Below are positions 48,133 to 57,484 of a stretch of DNA of 64,000 nucleotides, in pieces; position 1 is the stretch's first letter; each line of letters starts with the position of its first letter. A model generated the notes under the pieces. The model made no database searches. It was not told the DNA's origin and saw nothing but the letters and a program-made list of their open reading frames with translations. The stretch is from an uncultured delta proteobacterium (GTDB lineage Bacteria; Desulfobacterota; WTBG01; CAIYCZ01), in the NCBI GenBank assembly GCA_963803975.1, contig CAWDOY010000045.1:32001-96000 (forward strand), given 5' to 3'. The position numbers were made by a program, and so were the translations under genes.

Positions 48133-48648
48133 ATGGATTTAAAACAGAAGATTAGGAGTATTCCGGATTTCCCCAAAGCAGGCATTCTGTTTCGCGATAT
48201 CACCACCCTGCTGAGCGATGCTGCAGGGTTTGCCTATGTGGTAGAGCAGCTTGCCCGGCGCTACCAGGACCGGGCCGTGGATGTGGTTGCCGGAATCGAG
48301 TCACGAGGATTTATTATTGGCGGCGCCATCGCCCACCAGCTGAAGAAAGGCTTTGTGCCCATCCGCAAGCCGGGGAAACTGCCGGCAGAGAAGCTCTCTG
48401 TTTCCTATTCCCTGGAATACGGGACCGACCGTGTCGAGATGCACACGGACGCAATTGCACGGGGGGCGCGGGTGCTGCTGGTAGATGATCTGCTGGCAAC
48501 CGGCGGCACCATGAAGGCAGCCTGCGAACTGGTGGAGAAGGCAGGCGGAGAAGTGGTGGAATGCGCTTTTATCATTCTTCTTGCCGATTTGCCGGGAGAA
48601 CAGCTTCTTAAAAAATACAGCGTCTTTTCTCTCATAGCTTACGATTGA
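48133..48648 (+). CDS. apt: Adenine phosphoribosyltransferase
   Basis: PDFPKAGILFRDI, IESRGF, RKPGKLP, VDDLLATGGT. Confidence 0.98.
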   Translation: MDLKQKIRSIPDFPKAGILFRDITTLLSDAAGFAYVVEQLARRYQDRAVDVVAGIESRGFIIGGAIAHQLKKGFVPIRKPGKLPAEKLSVSYSLEYGTDRVEMHTDAIARGARVLLVDDLLATGGTMKAACELVEKAGGEVVECAFIILLADLPGEQLLKKYSVFSLIAYD

Positions 48649-48725
48649 CCGGCGGCCCGCCGGAGGTATGGCGCGGAGCGAAAGGGACAGCGCAGAGAAT
48701 ACGTACTGGTGAGAGCAGAATCAGC

Positions 48726-49730
48726 ATGAATAAAAACAGGGCTCTTTCTATCCTCAAGAAATTTCCCGAGGTGAGCATTCTCGTCATCGGCGATATCATG
48801 CTTGATGAATATATTGAAGGTTCCATCGAGCGCATATCCCCGGAGGCACCCATTCCGGTAGTAAGTATTTTCAACCGCAAAGCTGACCGGCGGCTGGGGG
48901 GGGCGGCAAATGTGTTTAATAACCTGAGCTCGCTGGGCGGTAAAAATATTTTTATGTGCGGTATTGTCGGCGATGATGAACCGGGAGACACTATTAAGAA
49001 ACAGCTGCATGCGTGTGGTGCCGAGATAGAGGGCATGGTGGTTGAGCCCGGCAGGCCGACAACCGTCAAGACGCGCATTATTGCCCATAACCAGCAGGTG
49101 GTCCGTCTTGACCGGGAGGACCGGACGCCGATCTCACGGCAGAGCCGGCAGAAGATCATAGACTATATAAAAGACAAGCTCGCCTCGGTGCACGCACTGG
49201 TTATTTCTGATTATGAAAAGGGGCTTATCACCGAGCCGCTGCTGCGCGAGATCATAGCCTGCGCCGTGCGCGCGGGGATTGTGGTGGCTGTTGACCCCAA
49301 GTTCAGCAACTTTAAGCATTTTAAAAAAGTGACCATTGTTGTGCCCAACATCAAAGAGGCCCGGGCATTTGCCCGGCATGAGATAGAAAGCCCCGAAGAT
49401 GTGCTGGCAGCGGCCCGGTACATATTAAAGGCCCTTGCGTGCGAGTATGTGCTGATCAAGAAGGGGGAACAGGGCATGACCCTGGTGGACCGGGAAGGCC
49501 ATGCGGTCTCCATCCCCACCGCAGCTCTTGAGGTCTATGATGTTACCGGGGCCGGAGATACCGTGATAAGCTCTCTCGTCCTCGCGCAGAGCGCCGGCGC
49601 TTCCTGGGAGGAAGCTGCCCGGATAGCAAATGTTGCGGCAGGCATTGCGGTCAGCCACCTGGGTACCACAACGGTGGCACTCAGTGAGCTGCAAACCCGG
49701 ATTCAGAACAGCAGGCTGTCCCGTCTGTGA
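48726..49730 (+). CDS. rfaE1: D-glycero-beta-D-manno-heptose-7-phosphate kinase
   Basis: GDIMLDEY, RISPEAPIPV, GGAANV, SDYEKG, VDPK, DVTGAGDT. Confidence 0.95.
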   Translation: MNKNRALSILKKFPEVSILVIGDIMLDEYIEGSIERISPEAPIPVVSIFNRKADRRLGGAANVFNNLSSLGGKNIFMCGIVGDDEPGDTIKKQLHACGAEIEGMVVEPGRPTTVKTRIIAHNQQVVRLDREDRTPISRQSRQKIIDYIKDKLASVHALVISDYEKGLITEPLLREIIACAVRAGIVVAVDPKFSNFKHFKKVTIVVPNIKEARAFARHEIESPEDVLAAARYILKALACEYVLIKKGEQGMTLVDREGHAVSIPTAALEVYDVTGAGDTVISSLVLAQSAGASWEEAARIANVAAGIAVSHLGTTTVALSELQTRIQNSRLSRL

Positions 49731-50281
49731 GCATACCCCAACCGCCACAACCGGTAAAGCTCATCGTGAGCCTTTTATCTGCTCATACCCGGCTCATTGA
49801 CGAGGTCTGTACAGACCTCAGCAGCAGGTTTGGCCCGCTTGATTTTATGAGCGAGCTCCTGCCGTTTCGCTATACCCGGTACTACGAATCCGAGATGGGA
49901 GCTGATCTCAGGCGCCGCCTGGTCAGTTTTCAAAAGCTGATAGCGCCGGATACACTGCCGGAGATAAAGCTTGCAACCAATGCCCTGGAGAATGCCTGTG
50001 CCGATGCGCAGGAGAAGCGCAGGATCAATATCGACCCCGGATACATTGCCCTGTCACACGTAATTCTTGCAACCTGCAAAGGGTTTAGCCACCGGCCGTA
50101 TCTGCGTGACGGCGTGTATGCTGACCTCACCCTTATATTCCGGGCGCAGTCATTTCAGGCCCTTGAGTGGACGTTTCCTGATTACGGGTCAGCGGAGATG
50201 ATAGAGCTTCTCAACACCATACGCAGTAATTATCTCGCTCAATGGCGGGCAGTGAAAAGCGAAGACGTGCCGAAGCCATAG
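49727..50281 (+). CDS. DUF4416 family protein
   Basis: YYESEMG, RRINIDPGY, LATCK..HR.YL..GVYADLTL, WTFPDY. Confidence 0.88.
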   Translation: MSIPQPPQPVKLIVSLLSAHTRLIDEVCTDLSSRFGPLDFMSELLPFRYTRYYESEMGADLRRRLVSFQKLIAPDTLPEIKLATNALENACADAQEKRRINIDPGYIALSHVILATCKGFSHRPYLRDGVYADLTLIFRAQSFQALEWTFPDYGSAEMIELLNTIRSNYLAQWRAVKSEDVPKP

Positions 50282-50330
50282 AAATAAAAATGCATGCAGC
50301 CCGGGCTGCAGTGATAAGAAAGAGGACCCC

Positions 50331-51209
50331 ATGATAAAAAGCATGACCGGCTATGGCCGGGGAGAGACCCTGCTTGACGGCAGAAAAGTTATAATCGAAA
50401 TCCGCTCCACCAATCACCGTTTCTGCGATATTTCCCTCAAGCTGCCCCGGCGCTTTTCCCCGCTGGAAGCTGAAGTGAAAAAATACGTAAGTTCCCGCGC
50501 AGCGCGGGGGAAAATAGATGTTACCGTACAGTTTGACAGTAACGGTGAGGATACCTGCAATTTCACCATCAACCTTCCTCTGGCCAGAACAGTCCATACC
50601 ATGCTTGAGTCCTTAAAGCAGGAGTTCGGGCTGACAGAGGAGATAAGCCTGGCAACTATTCTGTCCTTTAAAGACATTATCGCGCCGGAAAAAGAGACCC
50701 CGGAAACCCAGCAAGACTGGGGCACGCTGCGGAAAGCTTTTGAGCAGGCTCTGGACGGCCTGCAGCAGATGCAGGAAGCGGAGGGCGTAGAAATAACAAA
50801 CGATATGCGTGCCCGGCTTGACACCATTCGCCAGGGGATTTGCGACATTGAGACCCTGTTCCCCCGGACCCTGGCAGCACGGCAGCAGGCCCTGCGGGAG
50901 CGCATCAGCAAATGGTGCGAGGGAGTTGAGCTGGACGAGGCGCGCATGGCCCAGGAAATAGCCTATATTGCTGATAAGAGCGATATTACTGAAGAGCTGA
51001 TCAGGGCCCAGAGCCATCTGAAACAGTTTGAGCAATGGCTTGAATCGTCTGAGCCGGGGGGAAGGAAGCTTGACTTCCTGATTCAGGAGCTTAACCGGGA
51101 GGTAAATACCATCGGCTCCAAGGCAAGCGACTCGCAGATTTCACATATTGTGGTGCTCATGAAGAATGAGCTGGAGAAAATCAGGGAGCAGGTGCAGAAT
51201 ATACTGTAA
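50331..51209 (+). CDS. yicC: YicC/YloC family endoribonuclease
   Basis: MIKSMTGYGR, DITEELIR..SH, GRKLDFLIQELNREVNTIGSK, EKIREQVQN. Confidence 0.96.
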   Translation: MIKSMTGYGRGETLLDGRKVIIEIRSTNHRFCDISLKLPRRFSPLEAEVKKYVSSRAARGKIDVTVQFDSNGEDTCNFTINLPLARTVHTMLESLKQEFGLTEEISLATILSFKDIIAPEKETPETQQDWGTLRKAFEQALDGLQQMQEAEGVEITNDMRARLDTIRQGICDIETLFPRTLAARQQALRERISKWCEGVELDEARMAQEIAYIADKSDITEELIRAQSHLKQFEQWLESSEPGGRKLDFLIQELNREVNTIGSKASDSQISHIVVLMKNELEKIREQVQNIL

Positions 51210-51292
51210 TGAACAGCAAACAGGTGATTCTCGCCGGCGTGCCGGCTAAAGACCATGGCCCGGTGTTTTTCGAGCGAAGGCATACACGATGA
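51209..51292 (+). pseudogene. 27-codon ORF resembling the C-terminus of RemA/DUF370
   Basis: MNSKQVILAGVPAK..., at the position where DUF370 usually lies between yicC and gmk. Overlaps its neighbours by TAATG and ATGA. Confidence 0.5.
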
Positions 51293-51933
51293 GTAGCAGA
51301 GCCGTTCATACCAGTCAGCAAGATTCCCTTCTTTTTATTGTATCCGCGCCATCCGGCACCGGAAAGACCTCCCTGTGCAATGAGGTACTCCGCAGGGTGC
51401 CGCGCCTCAGCTTTTCCATCTCCCACACCACCCGCGCTGCCCGGCCCGGAGAAACACAGGGCATTGACTACTATTTTATTTCCCAGGATGAATTCCAGCA
51501 AAATATCGCGCAGCAGAAGATGGCTGAGTGGACCGAGATTTACGGGAACTGTTATGGCACGGCGGTCGACACGATCCAGCGGCTTTTTGCCGGCGGCGCT
51601 GATATTCTCTTTGATATAGATGAGCGGGGCGCGCGGCAGCTTACTGAAAAGTACCCGGACGCCGTCACCATTCTGATCCTTCCCCCGACGCTCGATGAAC
51701 TGAAGAAGAGGCTCATGGAGCGGGGCACTGAGGACACGGAAAGTTTAAGCAGGAGGCTTAAGCGGGCCCAGAACGAAATCCAGACCATGGCCTGGTACCG
51801 GTATGTGGTGATCAATGACCGGTTTGAGGATGCAGTAACGGCACTCACGTCCATAATTATTGCCGAGCGGTGCAAGAAAACGCACGCAATTATTGACACT
51901 ATTTTAAACAATGGCAGGCAGCGTGAAAAATAA
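51289..51933 (+). CDS. gmk: Guanylate kinase
   Basis: SAPSGTGKTS, SHTTRAARPGE..GIDYYF, YGT. Confidence 0.97.
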   Translation: MSSRAVHTSQQDSLLFIVSAPSGTGKTSLCNEVLRRVPRLSFSISHTTRAARPGETQGIDYYFISQDEFQQNIAQQKMAEWTEIYGNCYGTAVDTIQRLFAGGADILFDIDERGARQLTEKYPDAVTILILPPTLDELKKRLMERGTEDTESLSRRLKRAQNEIQTMAWYRYVVINDRFEDAVTALTSIIIAERCKKTHAIIDTILNNGRQREK

Positions 51934-52648
51934 ACTTATCATCGCTCTTGATGTTGACGCGCTGGAACGGGCCCGGGAACTGGTCGGGCTGCTTAAAAGT
52001 GATGTGGGTATGTTTAAAATCGGCAAGCAGCTCTTCACCCGCTACGGCCCGCAGGCGATTGACATGGTTCATACCCTGGGCGGTGAGGTATTCCTTGACC
52101 TGAAATTCCACGACATCCCCAATACCGTGGCCAAAGCAGCAGAAGCGGCGATGATGCACGGAGTGTTCATGTTCAATATCCACGCTTCAGGCGGCTTTGA
52201 GATGATGAAACAGGCAGCGGCAGCAGTTCAGGCGAAAGCAGAGGCGCTTAATCAGCGCAGGCCGCTGGTACTTGCCGTCACGGTGCTGACATCGTTACAT
52301 GCAGCAGACCTCTCAGCACTGGGGATTAACGCTGCTGTTCCTGAGCAGGTGGTACGGCTGGCCGGTCTTGCTAAAACCGCGGGGGTGGATGGCGTGGTAG
52401 CCTCGCCCCAGGAGATAGAGATGATTAAAAAAGAATGCGGCCATGATTTTCTGGTGGTAACTCCCGGTGTCAGGCCCCGCACCTCAAAGGCAGACGATCA
52501 AAAAAGAGTTCTCACTCCCGGCGAAGCTATCCGGAAGGGAGCAGACTACCTTGTGGTTGGAAGGCCGGTTACTGAGGCACCCGACCCGCTGAAAGCGGTG
52601 CAGGATATTATTAAAGAAATTGAAGAACAGGCAACAGACAGAAGATGA
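51923..52648 (+). CDS. pyrF: Orotidine-5'-phosphate decarboxylase
   Basis: LIIALD, FLDLKFHDIPNTV, AVTVLTS, TPGVRP, DDQKR, VVGRP. Confidence 0.98.
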   Translation: MKNKLIIALDVDALERARELVGLLKSDVGMFKIGKQLFTRYGPQAIDMVHTLGGEVFLDLKFHDIPNTVAKAAEAAMMHGVFMFNIHASGGFEMMKQAAAAVQAKAEALNQRRPLVLAVTVLTSLHAADLSALGINAAVPEQVVRLAGLAKTAGVDGVVASPQEIEMIKKECGHDFLVVTPGVRPRTSKADDQKRVLTPGEAIRKGADYLVVGRPVTEAPDPLKAVQDIIKEIEEQATDRR

Positions 52649-52731
52649 CAGACAACAGATGACAGACTAAGAAACTGAACAGACTAAAAATATCTGTCTT
52701 CTGTCTTCTGTTCTCTGTATTCTGTCCTCTC
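52631..52731. repeat. 7-nt periodic inverted-repeat element (ACAGA/TCTGT family)
   Basis: gacagaa-gatgacagac-aacagat-gacagac ... tctgtct-tctgtct-tctgttc-tctgtat-tctgtcc. Confidence 0.8.
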
Positions 52732-52739
52732 TATTTCAT

Positions 52740-53488
52740 ATGCTTACCCTTTACGGCATCCATCCAGTACTTGAGGCGTTAAAGAAACGCCCGCGCGCGT
52801 TTCATCGCCTGTTTCTCTCCCGAGAAAGCGGAAGAGAAGACTTCACGCAGATTGTCTCGCTGGCCAGAGCAGCAAAAATCAACACCGCCCTTGTTACCAT
52901 TAAAGAATTAGCCCAGATGTGCCGCTCAGAGCAGCATCAGGGCGTGGTGGCAGAAGTGGAACCGCTGCCTCTTCTTGACCATAGAGGATGTGATCTCTCT
53001 CTGGAAAGACAGCGGCGGCAAGGCGCTGTTTCTCATCCTTGACTCCATCCAGGACCCCCAGAACTTCGGCTCGCTCGTCCGCAGCGCCTACTGCTGCGGG
53101 GCAACGGCGGTCATATTCCCCAAAGACCGCTCAGCCGCAATTACCGGCACCGTGGCAAAAGCCTCGTCAGGCGCAGTCGAGCACCTGCCGCTGTGCCAGG
53201 TGGTAAATATTGCCGCGACGGTTGAGATATTAAAAAAAGAAGGTGTGTGGATAGTAGGAACCACACCACGGGCAGAAAAGAGTCTCTATGAATTTGATTT
53301 CAATCTTGATATGGCGCTTGTGATCGGCAGCGAGGGAAAGGGCATGCGGCAGCTGATCTCAAAAAAATGCGACTTTCTCCATCTCCATTCCCATGAAGGG
53401 CGGGCTTGATTCCCTCAATGCTTCTGTGGCGGGGGCAGTGGTACTCTTTGAAATTATGCGGCAGCGGTCATACAGCCGGCAACATTAA
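52740..53488 (+). CDS. rlmB: 23S rRNA (Gm2251) methyltransferase, 2 frameshifts
   Basis: YGIHPV.EAL, HQGVVA, LDSIQDPQNFGS, KASSGA, GSEGKG, shifted SLNASVA. Confidence 0.93.
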
Positions 53489-53533
53489 GATATATTTATG
53501 GGAGTTGGAAAAGAAGGGTAAATTATATTTATA

Positions 53534-54221
53534 TCAGAATTGAATTTCTCGGGCTGCCTTCACAAAGGCTCCCACTTTGGCGAGGTCTTTTTTGCCGCGG
53601 CAGACATCAGTGCCGGTGCAGGAGTCAACACCCCAGGGCTGCACCGCTTTAATTGCTGCGGCAACATTGTCCGGGTTGAGCCCGCCGGCAAGGATGACCG
53701 GCCGTTTGCTCTGCTCAACAATTTTTCTGCTCACGGTCCAGTCATGGACTTTTCCGGTGATGCCGATCATGCCGGGCACTTCAGTGCTTCCTTCAGAATA
53801 ATCACCGGCATAGGTATCAAGAATAAAGAGGTCGGCAACCTCCTGGTACTCGCGGGCAATTGAAAGTGAATCAGTTTTATCCGAGCGGCCGGGAAGCCCC
53901 ACCGGGAATTGCCTGGAGCATCTTTATATCTCCCAGGTCTTTGCGGATTGCGCGGGCCTCAGATAAGGGCAGCATGTCGGTGGAGCAGAAGTGCATCACA
54001 TCAGGCTTTATTTCCTTTACTATGCGAAGCCCGGTCTCAAGGTCGCAGAAAACCGGCAGCAGCACGGTGGTCATCCGGCCGCGCACCAGATCCACGATCT
54101 GCTTCATCAGTGCCCGGTCATCCGGGTCATCCGCCACATCAAGGCCGATATAATCAACACCCAGTTCAACTAATGCCTTTGCATCCTCTATAGTCTTGGT
54201 GCCGTAGATCTGAACAATCAT
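53534..54221 (-). CDS. Phosphoribosylanthranilate isomerase (TrpF)-like TIM barrel, frameshift near 53900
   Basis: MIVQIYG..EDA....GVDYIG, FILDT, GITGKVHDW, PVILAGGLNPDNV..AI..VQPWGVDSCTG, KD..KV..F. Confidence 0.85.
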
Positions 54222-54274
54222 TTCCTTTTTTCCTCTGCGTTCTTTGCGGTGGCTCAGCGCATTTGGCACGAGCT

Positions 54275-55394
54275 TTATGCCGGCGGTTTCTTTTCCAGCA
54301 CTTCGTAGATAAAGCCGTTGTTTGCAACTTCTGGCGTCAGCAGATAATCGATCCCCAGCTGCTCGTAGCAGTCCATGACCTCTTTTTCCTTGTGCTTGTC
54401 GCACAGGGTCACAATACCGGGGCCGGCAGATGATATGAACATCGCGGCCGGAGAATGCTTCTGCATTTTGTCCCGCAGCTTCCAGAACAACTCTTTTATA
54501 CCGGGGAACATGTTCTCAAAGAGCTGCATGAAGGGATCATAGGAGAACGCTTTATAGATGCCGCTTCCGACCCGCCCGATGTCGCCATCTTTAATGGCAG
54601 TCTCTACTTCCTGAAAAACTTCCTTGTGAAACTTATCCATCTCCGGCAGCTTGTCCAGGATGTCCTGGAAGATGCCGCCCGCTTCCCGGGCCATGGCGCC
54701 CTTGGCATCAGGCTTTTCATAATCAGGGACACCGATCACATAGCCAAGCCCCTCGGGGATTGCCATGCGGTATTTGAGCTGGCTTTTGTCCACCAGTATT
54801 ATCCCGCCCACCAGACCCATCCAGGATGTGCCGCCGGTACACTGAACGGTAATGAGATTATCATGGTCGCCGTCAATCTCTTCCCCGTAATTCTGCGCTA
54901 AAAACCTGGGCAGCTTGTCGTTCTGAATGGGGTCGCCCAGCAGCTTATTAATTGAGAGGGCCGTGGCCGTGAAAAGCGCGGCAGATGAGCCTGAGCCAAC
55001 GTGCCGGTAGGGGAAATCATTGTTTGCCTCAACCAGAAAACCGCCCTGATAATTGACCTGCTTGCGTGTTATCTCTGCTGCGTGCCGGACAATGCTTGAC
55101 CTGCGTGAGCTCTCAGTGACATGCAGCGTATCGTATAACGACACATCAGCGTGGGTGCGCAGGTTGACGCCGAAGGATACTTCACCATAATTGAACTCTC
55201 CGGTCTTTTCCTGCTCCACCAGGCCCTTGATATTTTTAAAGAGAGCAAAGAGCCGCCCCGGAACCGTGGTCCGCACCCGCTTATAGTGCAAGGTTTATCT
55301 TGTCGCTGAAACCGTCTGCCAGGGGATATACAAGGTTTCCTATCTTTACCTTTTTAAAATTCCACTGCTCAAGTATTTCATCATGTTCGTCCAT
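54275..55394 (-). CDS. GHMP-superfamily enzyme, beta-RFA-P synthase-like (5' frameshifts)
   Basis: VRTTVPGRL, FPYRHVGSGSSAA, SSAGP, ANNG. GGAGGT RBS precedes the ATG at 55394. Confidence 0.7.
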
Positions 55395-55410
55395 TAAAAA
55401 ACCTCCGGTT

Positions 55411-55472
55411 TTTAGCTGTCAGCCAGTTCAGCAAACAAATAAAAAGTTGCTGAACGCTGATAGCTGATAGCT
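55411..55472. repeat. 7-nt periodic inverted-repeat element (TCAGC/GCTGA family)
   Basis: ttagctg-tcagcca-gttcagc ... gctgaac-gctgata-gctgata-gct; right arm nearly identical to the one at 3280-3303. Confidence 0.75.
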
Positions 55473-55476
55473 TATT

Positions 55477-56493
55477 CTATTTTATTCCTACCACCAGCGG
55501 AGACGTAGCCGGGATGTCGATGGTCGCAACGTTTTTAAAGCCTGCACCCTTGAGCCATGAGGTGTACTGAGAGATGGTAAAGGTGTTGCCCTCGGTGGTG
55601 TGGATGAGCATGTTCACGCCGAACACCAGCGTGAAAAAGTCTTTTTCACGGTTCTCGTCAGGGCAGAGCTCACATATCACAAGCCTGCCGCCCGGCTTCA
55701 ATGCCGTATGTATTTTAGCGATAATATTTTTACTCTTGCGCTCGCCTTCACCGTGGCACACATAGCTGAGTGTTGCCATATCGTATTCATTTTCTCCGAG
55801 TGCGTCTTCTTCAACATTGGCAGGAATGAAGGTGAACTGCTGCGCGACTCCCATCTGTTCAGCATGGCGCCTGGTCTGCTCAAGCACTTTGGCGTCATCC
55901 ACGCCGCAGATGGTGCAGGTTGGGTCAGCCTGGGCAAGCGCTATGCCCCAGGCACCGGACCCGGTACCCACGTCCATGATCTTCAATCCCTTCAACTCTT
56001 CTCCCATGCCGAGTGCTTTTGCCCCTCCAGCTGCAACGAGATGGGTGGTTCTGAACAGAAGCGGCACCAGCTCTTTATAATAATTAAAGCCGTCTTCCTG
56101 CTCGGTGCCTGAAGGAAGCGAGGGTTTCCCCGTTTTTAAAACTTCCGTGAGCTTGAACCAGGGGTCCCAGGAAAGGTCAACGTGCTTCACGTACTCCCCG
56201 TAATACATCTTCTTGCCTTTTACCAGAAAGAACCGGGACATGGGCGTGAGCTCGTATGCGCCTTCTTTTTTTTGCAGATACCCCATGGCGCACAGGGTAT
56301 CGAGCACCATTTCAAGCCCCCGCAGGTTGGTGGCGGTGACCTGTGAAAGCTTTTCTGCGGTCTTGTTGCCCTGGGAGATATGGGTGAACAGCTCAAGATC
56401 TACCGCGGTGCTCAGGACACGGGTGCGGCAGAAGGCAAAGGTATCAAGAACAATCTGTTCCGGGCTTAGTTCATGACGGTGTTTCTTTTCCAT
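55477..56493 (-). CDS. SAM-dependent O-methyltransferase (Methyltransf_2 with dimerisation domain)
   Basis: RVLSTAVDLELFTHI winged-helix N-terminus, MDVGTGSG, ALKPGGRLVICE. Confidence 0.92.
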   Translation of the reverse strand: MEKKHRHELSPEQIVLDTFAFCRTRVLSTAVDLELFTHISQGNKTAEKLSQVTATNLRGLEMVLDTLCAMGYLQKKEGAYELTPMSRFFLVKGKKMYYGEYVKHVDLSWDPWFKLTEVLKTGKPSLPSGTEQEDGFNYYKELVPLLFRTTHLVAAGGAKALGMGEELKGLKIMDVGTGSGAWGIALAQADPTCTICGVDDAKVLEQTRRHAEQMGVAQQFTFIPANVEEDALGENEYDMATLSYVCHGEGERKSKNIIAKIHTALKPGGRLVICELCPDENREKDFFTLVFGVNMLIHTTEGNTFTISQYTSWLKGAGFKNVATIDIPATSPLVVGIK

Positions 56494-56627
56494 GCGGGTT
56501 ATTCTCCCTATTAATTAATATATATATAAACAAGCATTTCAGTCTTCCAAGGGAAATTATTTTTACAGTTAAATGCTTAAAAAGTCAAAACAATTATACT
56601 CCCGCAGCGTGATGAAGGCTGCGGGGC

Positions 56628-57395
56628 TCAGACCTTTCTGAATATTTCCCGCGCCTGCCGGCTGTAACTTCCTTCAGCGTCAAAGAGTGCCAGCGGGGGC
56701 AGTACCCGCGCCTCCTTGCCTCCCCCCTTAATCCCTTCAACCATTACCAGGTTTGCCGGCTCTTCTATGTTCGGGTGTATGAAGCGGAGCGTCTTCGGCT
56801 CCAGCTTTGCGGTGCGCATCTCTTCTATCAGGTCACCTATCCGGGAACAGGGATAAATGGTCAAAAACGCGCCGCTGCGCTTCAAGAGATAGGCCGCGAT
56901 GCTTATAAAATCAGCAAGGGTTCCGTGCAGCTCATGGCGTGAAACCGCTTTCCCGCTGTCCTCATTAAGCAACCCGGATTTTATTGGATAGAAGGGCGGA
57001 TTGCTGATGACCGCATCAAAGCTCACGGCAGGAAATTGTTTTTTTAATCTCCCGTATATCTGCGCGGATAATGGTTACCCGGTCCCCGCATTCATTATAA
57101 GAGATATTTTTCTGCGCCAGCGCTGCCAGGTCCTCCTGCACCTCTATGCCCACTATTTCCCTGACCGCTGCAATTCTGGAGAGCAGCACCGCCAGGATGC
57201 CGCTGCCGGTGCCAAGATCAATAACCCGGCCTGCGGCCCGCTCCCGGCAAAATCGCCCAGCAGGATGGATTCCCGGATAAAATCGCCCAGCAGTATGGAA
57301 TCAACGGAAAACCGGTAGCCCTGCCGCTTCTGAAACAGCTTGAGCCGGCCGTCAAAAAGCTCGCACAGCTCATCTTCTGGTGGAGACGCTGTCAT
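56628..57395 (-). CDS. tRNA1(Val) A37 N6-methyltransferase-like (TrmN6/YfiC), several frameshifts
   Basis: QKRQGYRFSVDSILL, shifted IDLGTGSG, VISNPPFY, SRHE. Confidence 0.88.
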
Positions 57396-57484
57396 GTGTT
57401 CTTATCCTTCAATCCTGAACTCATGAAATCAGGAATTTTTGTTTTTTTGAGTTCCTCAAGTTCCAGATTATTATGCGTGGCCAG

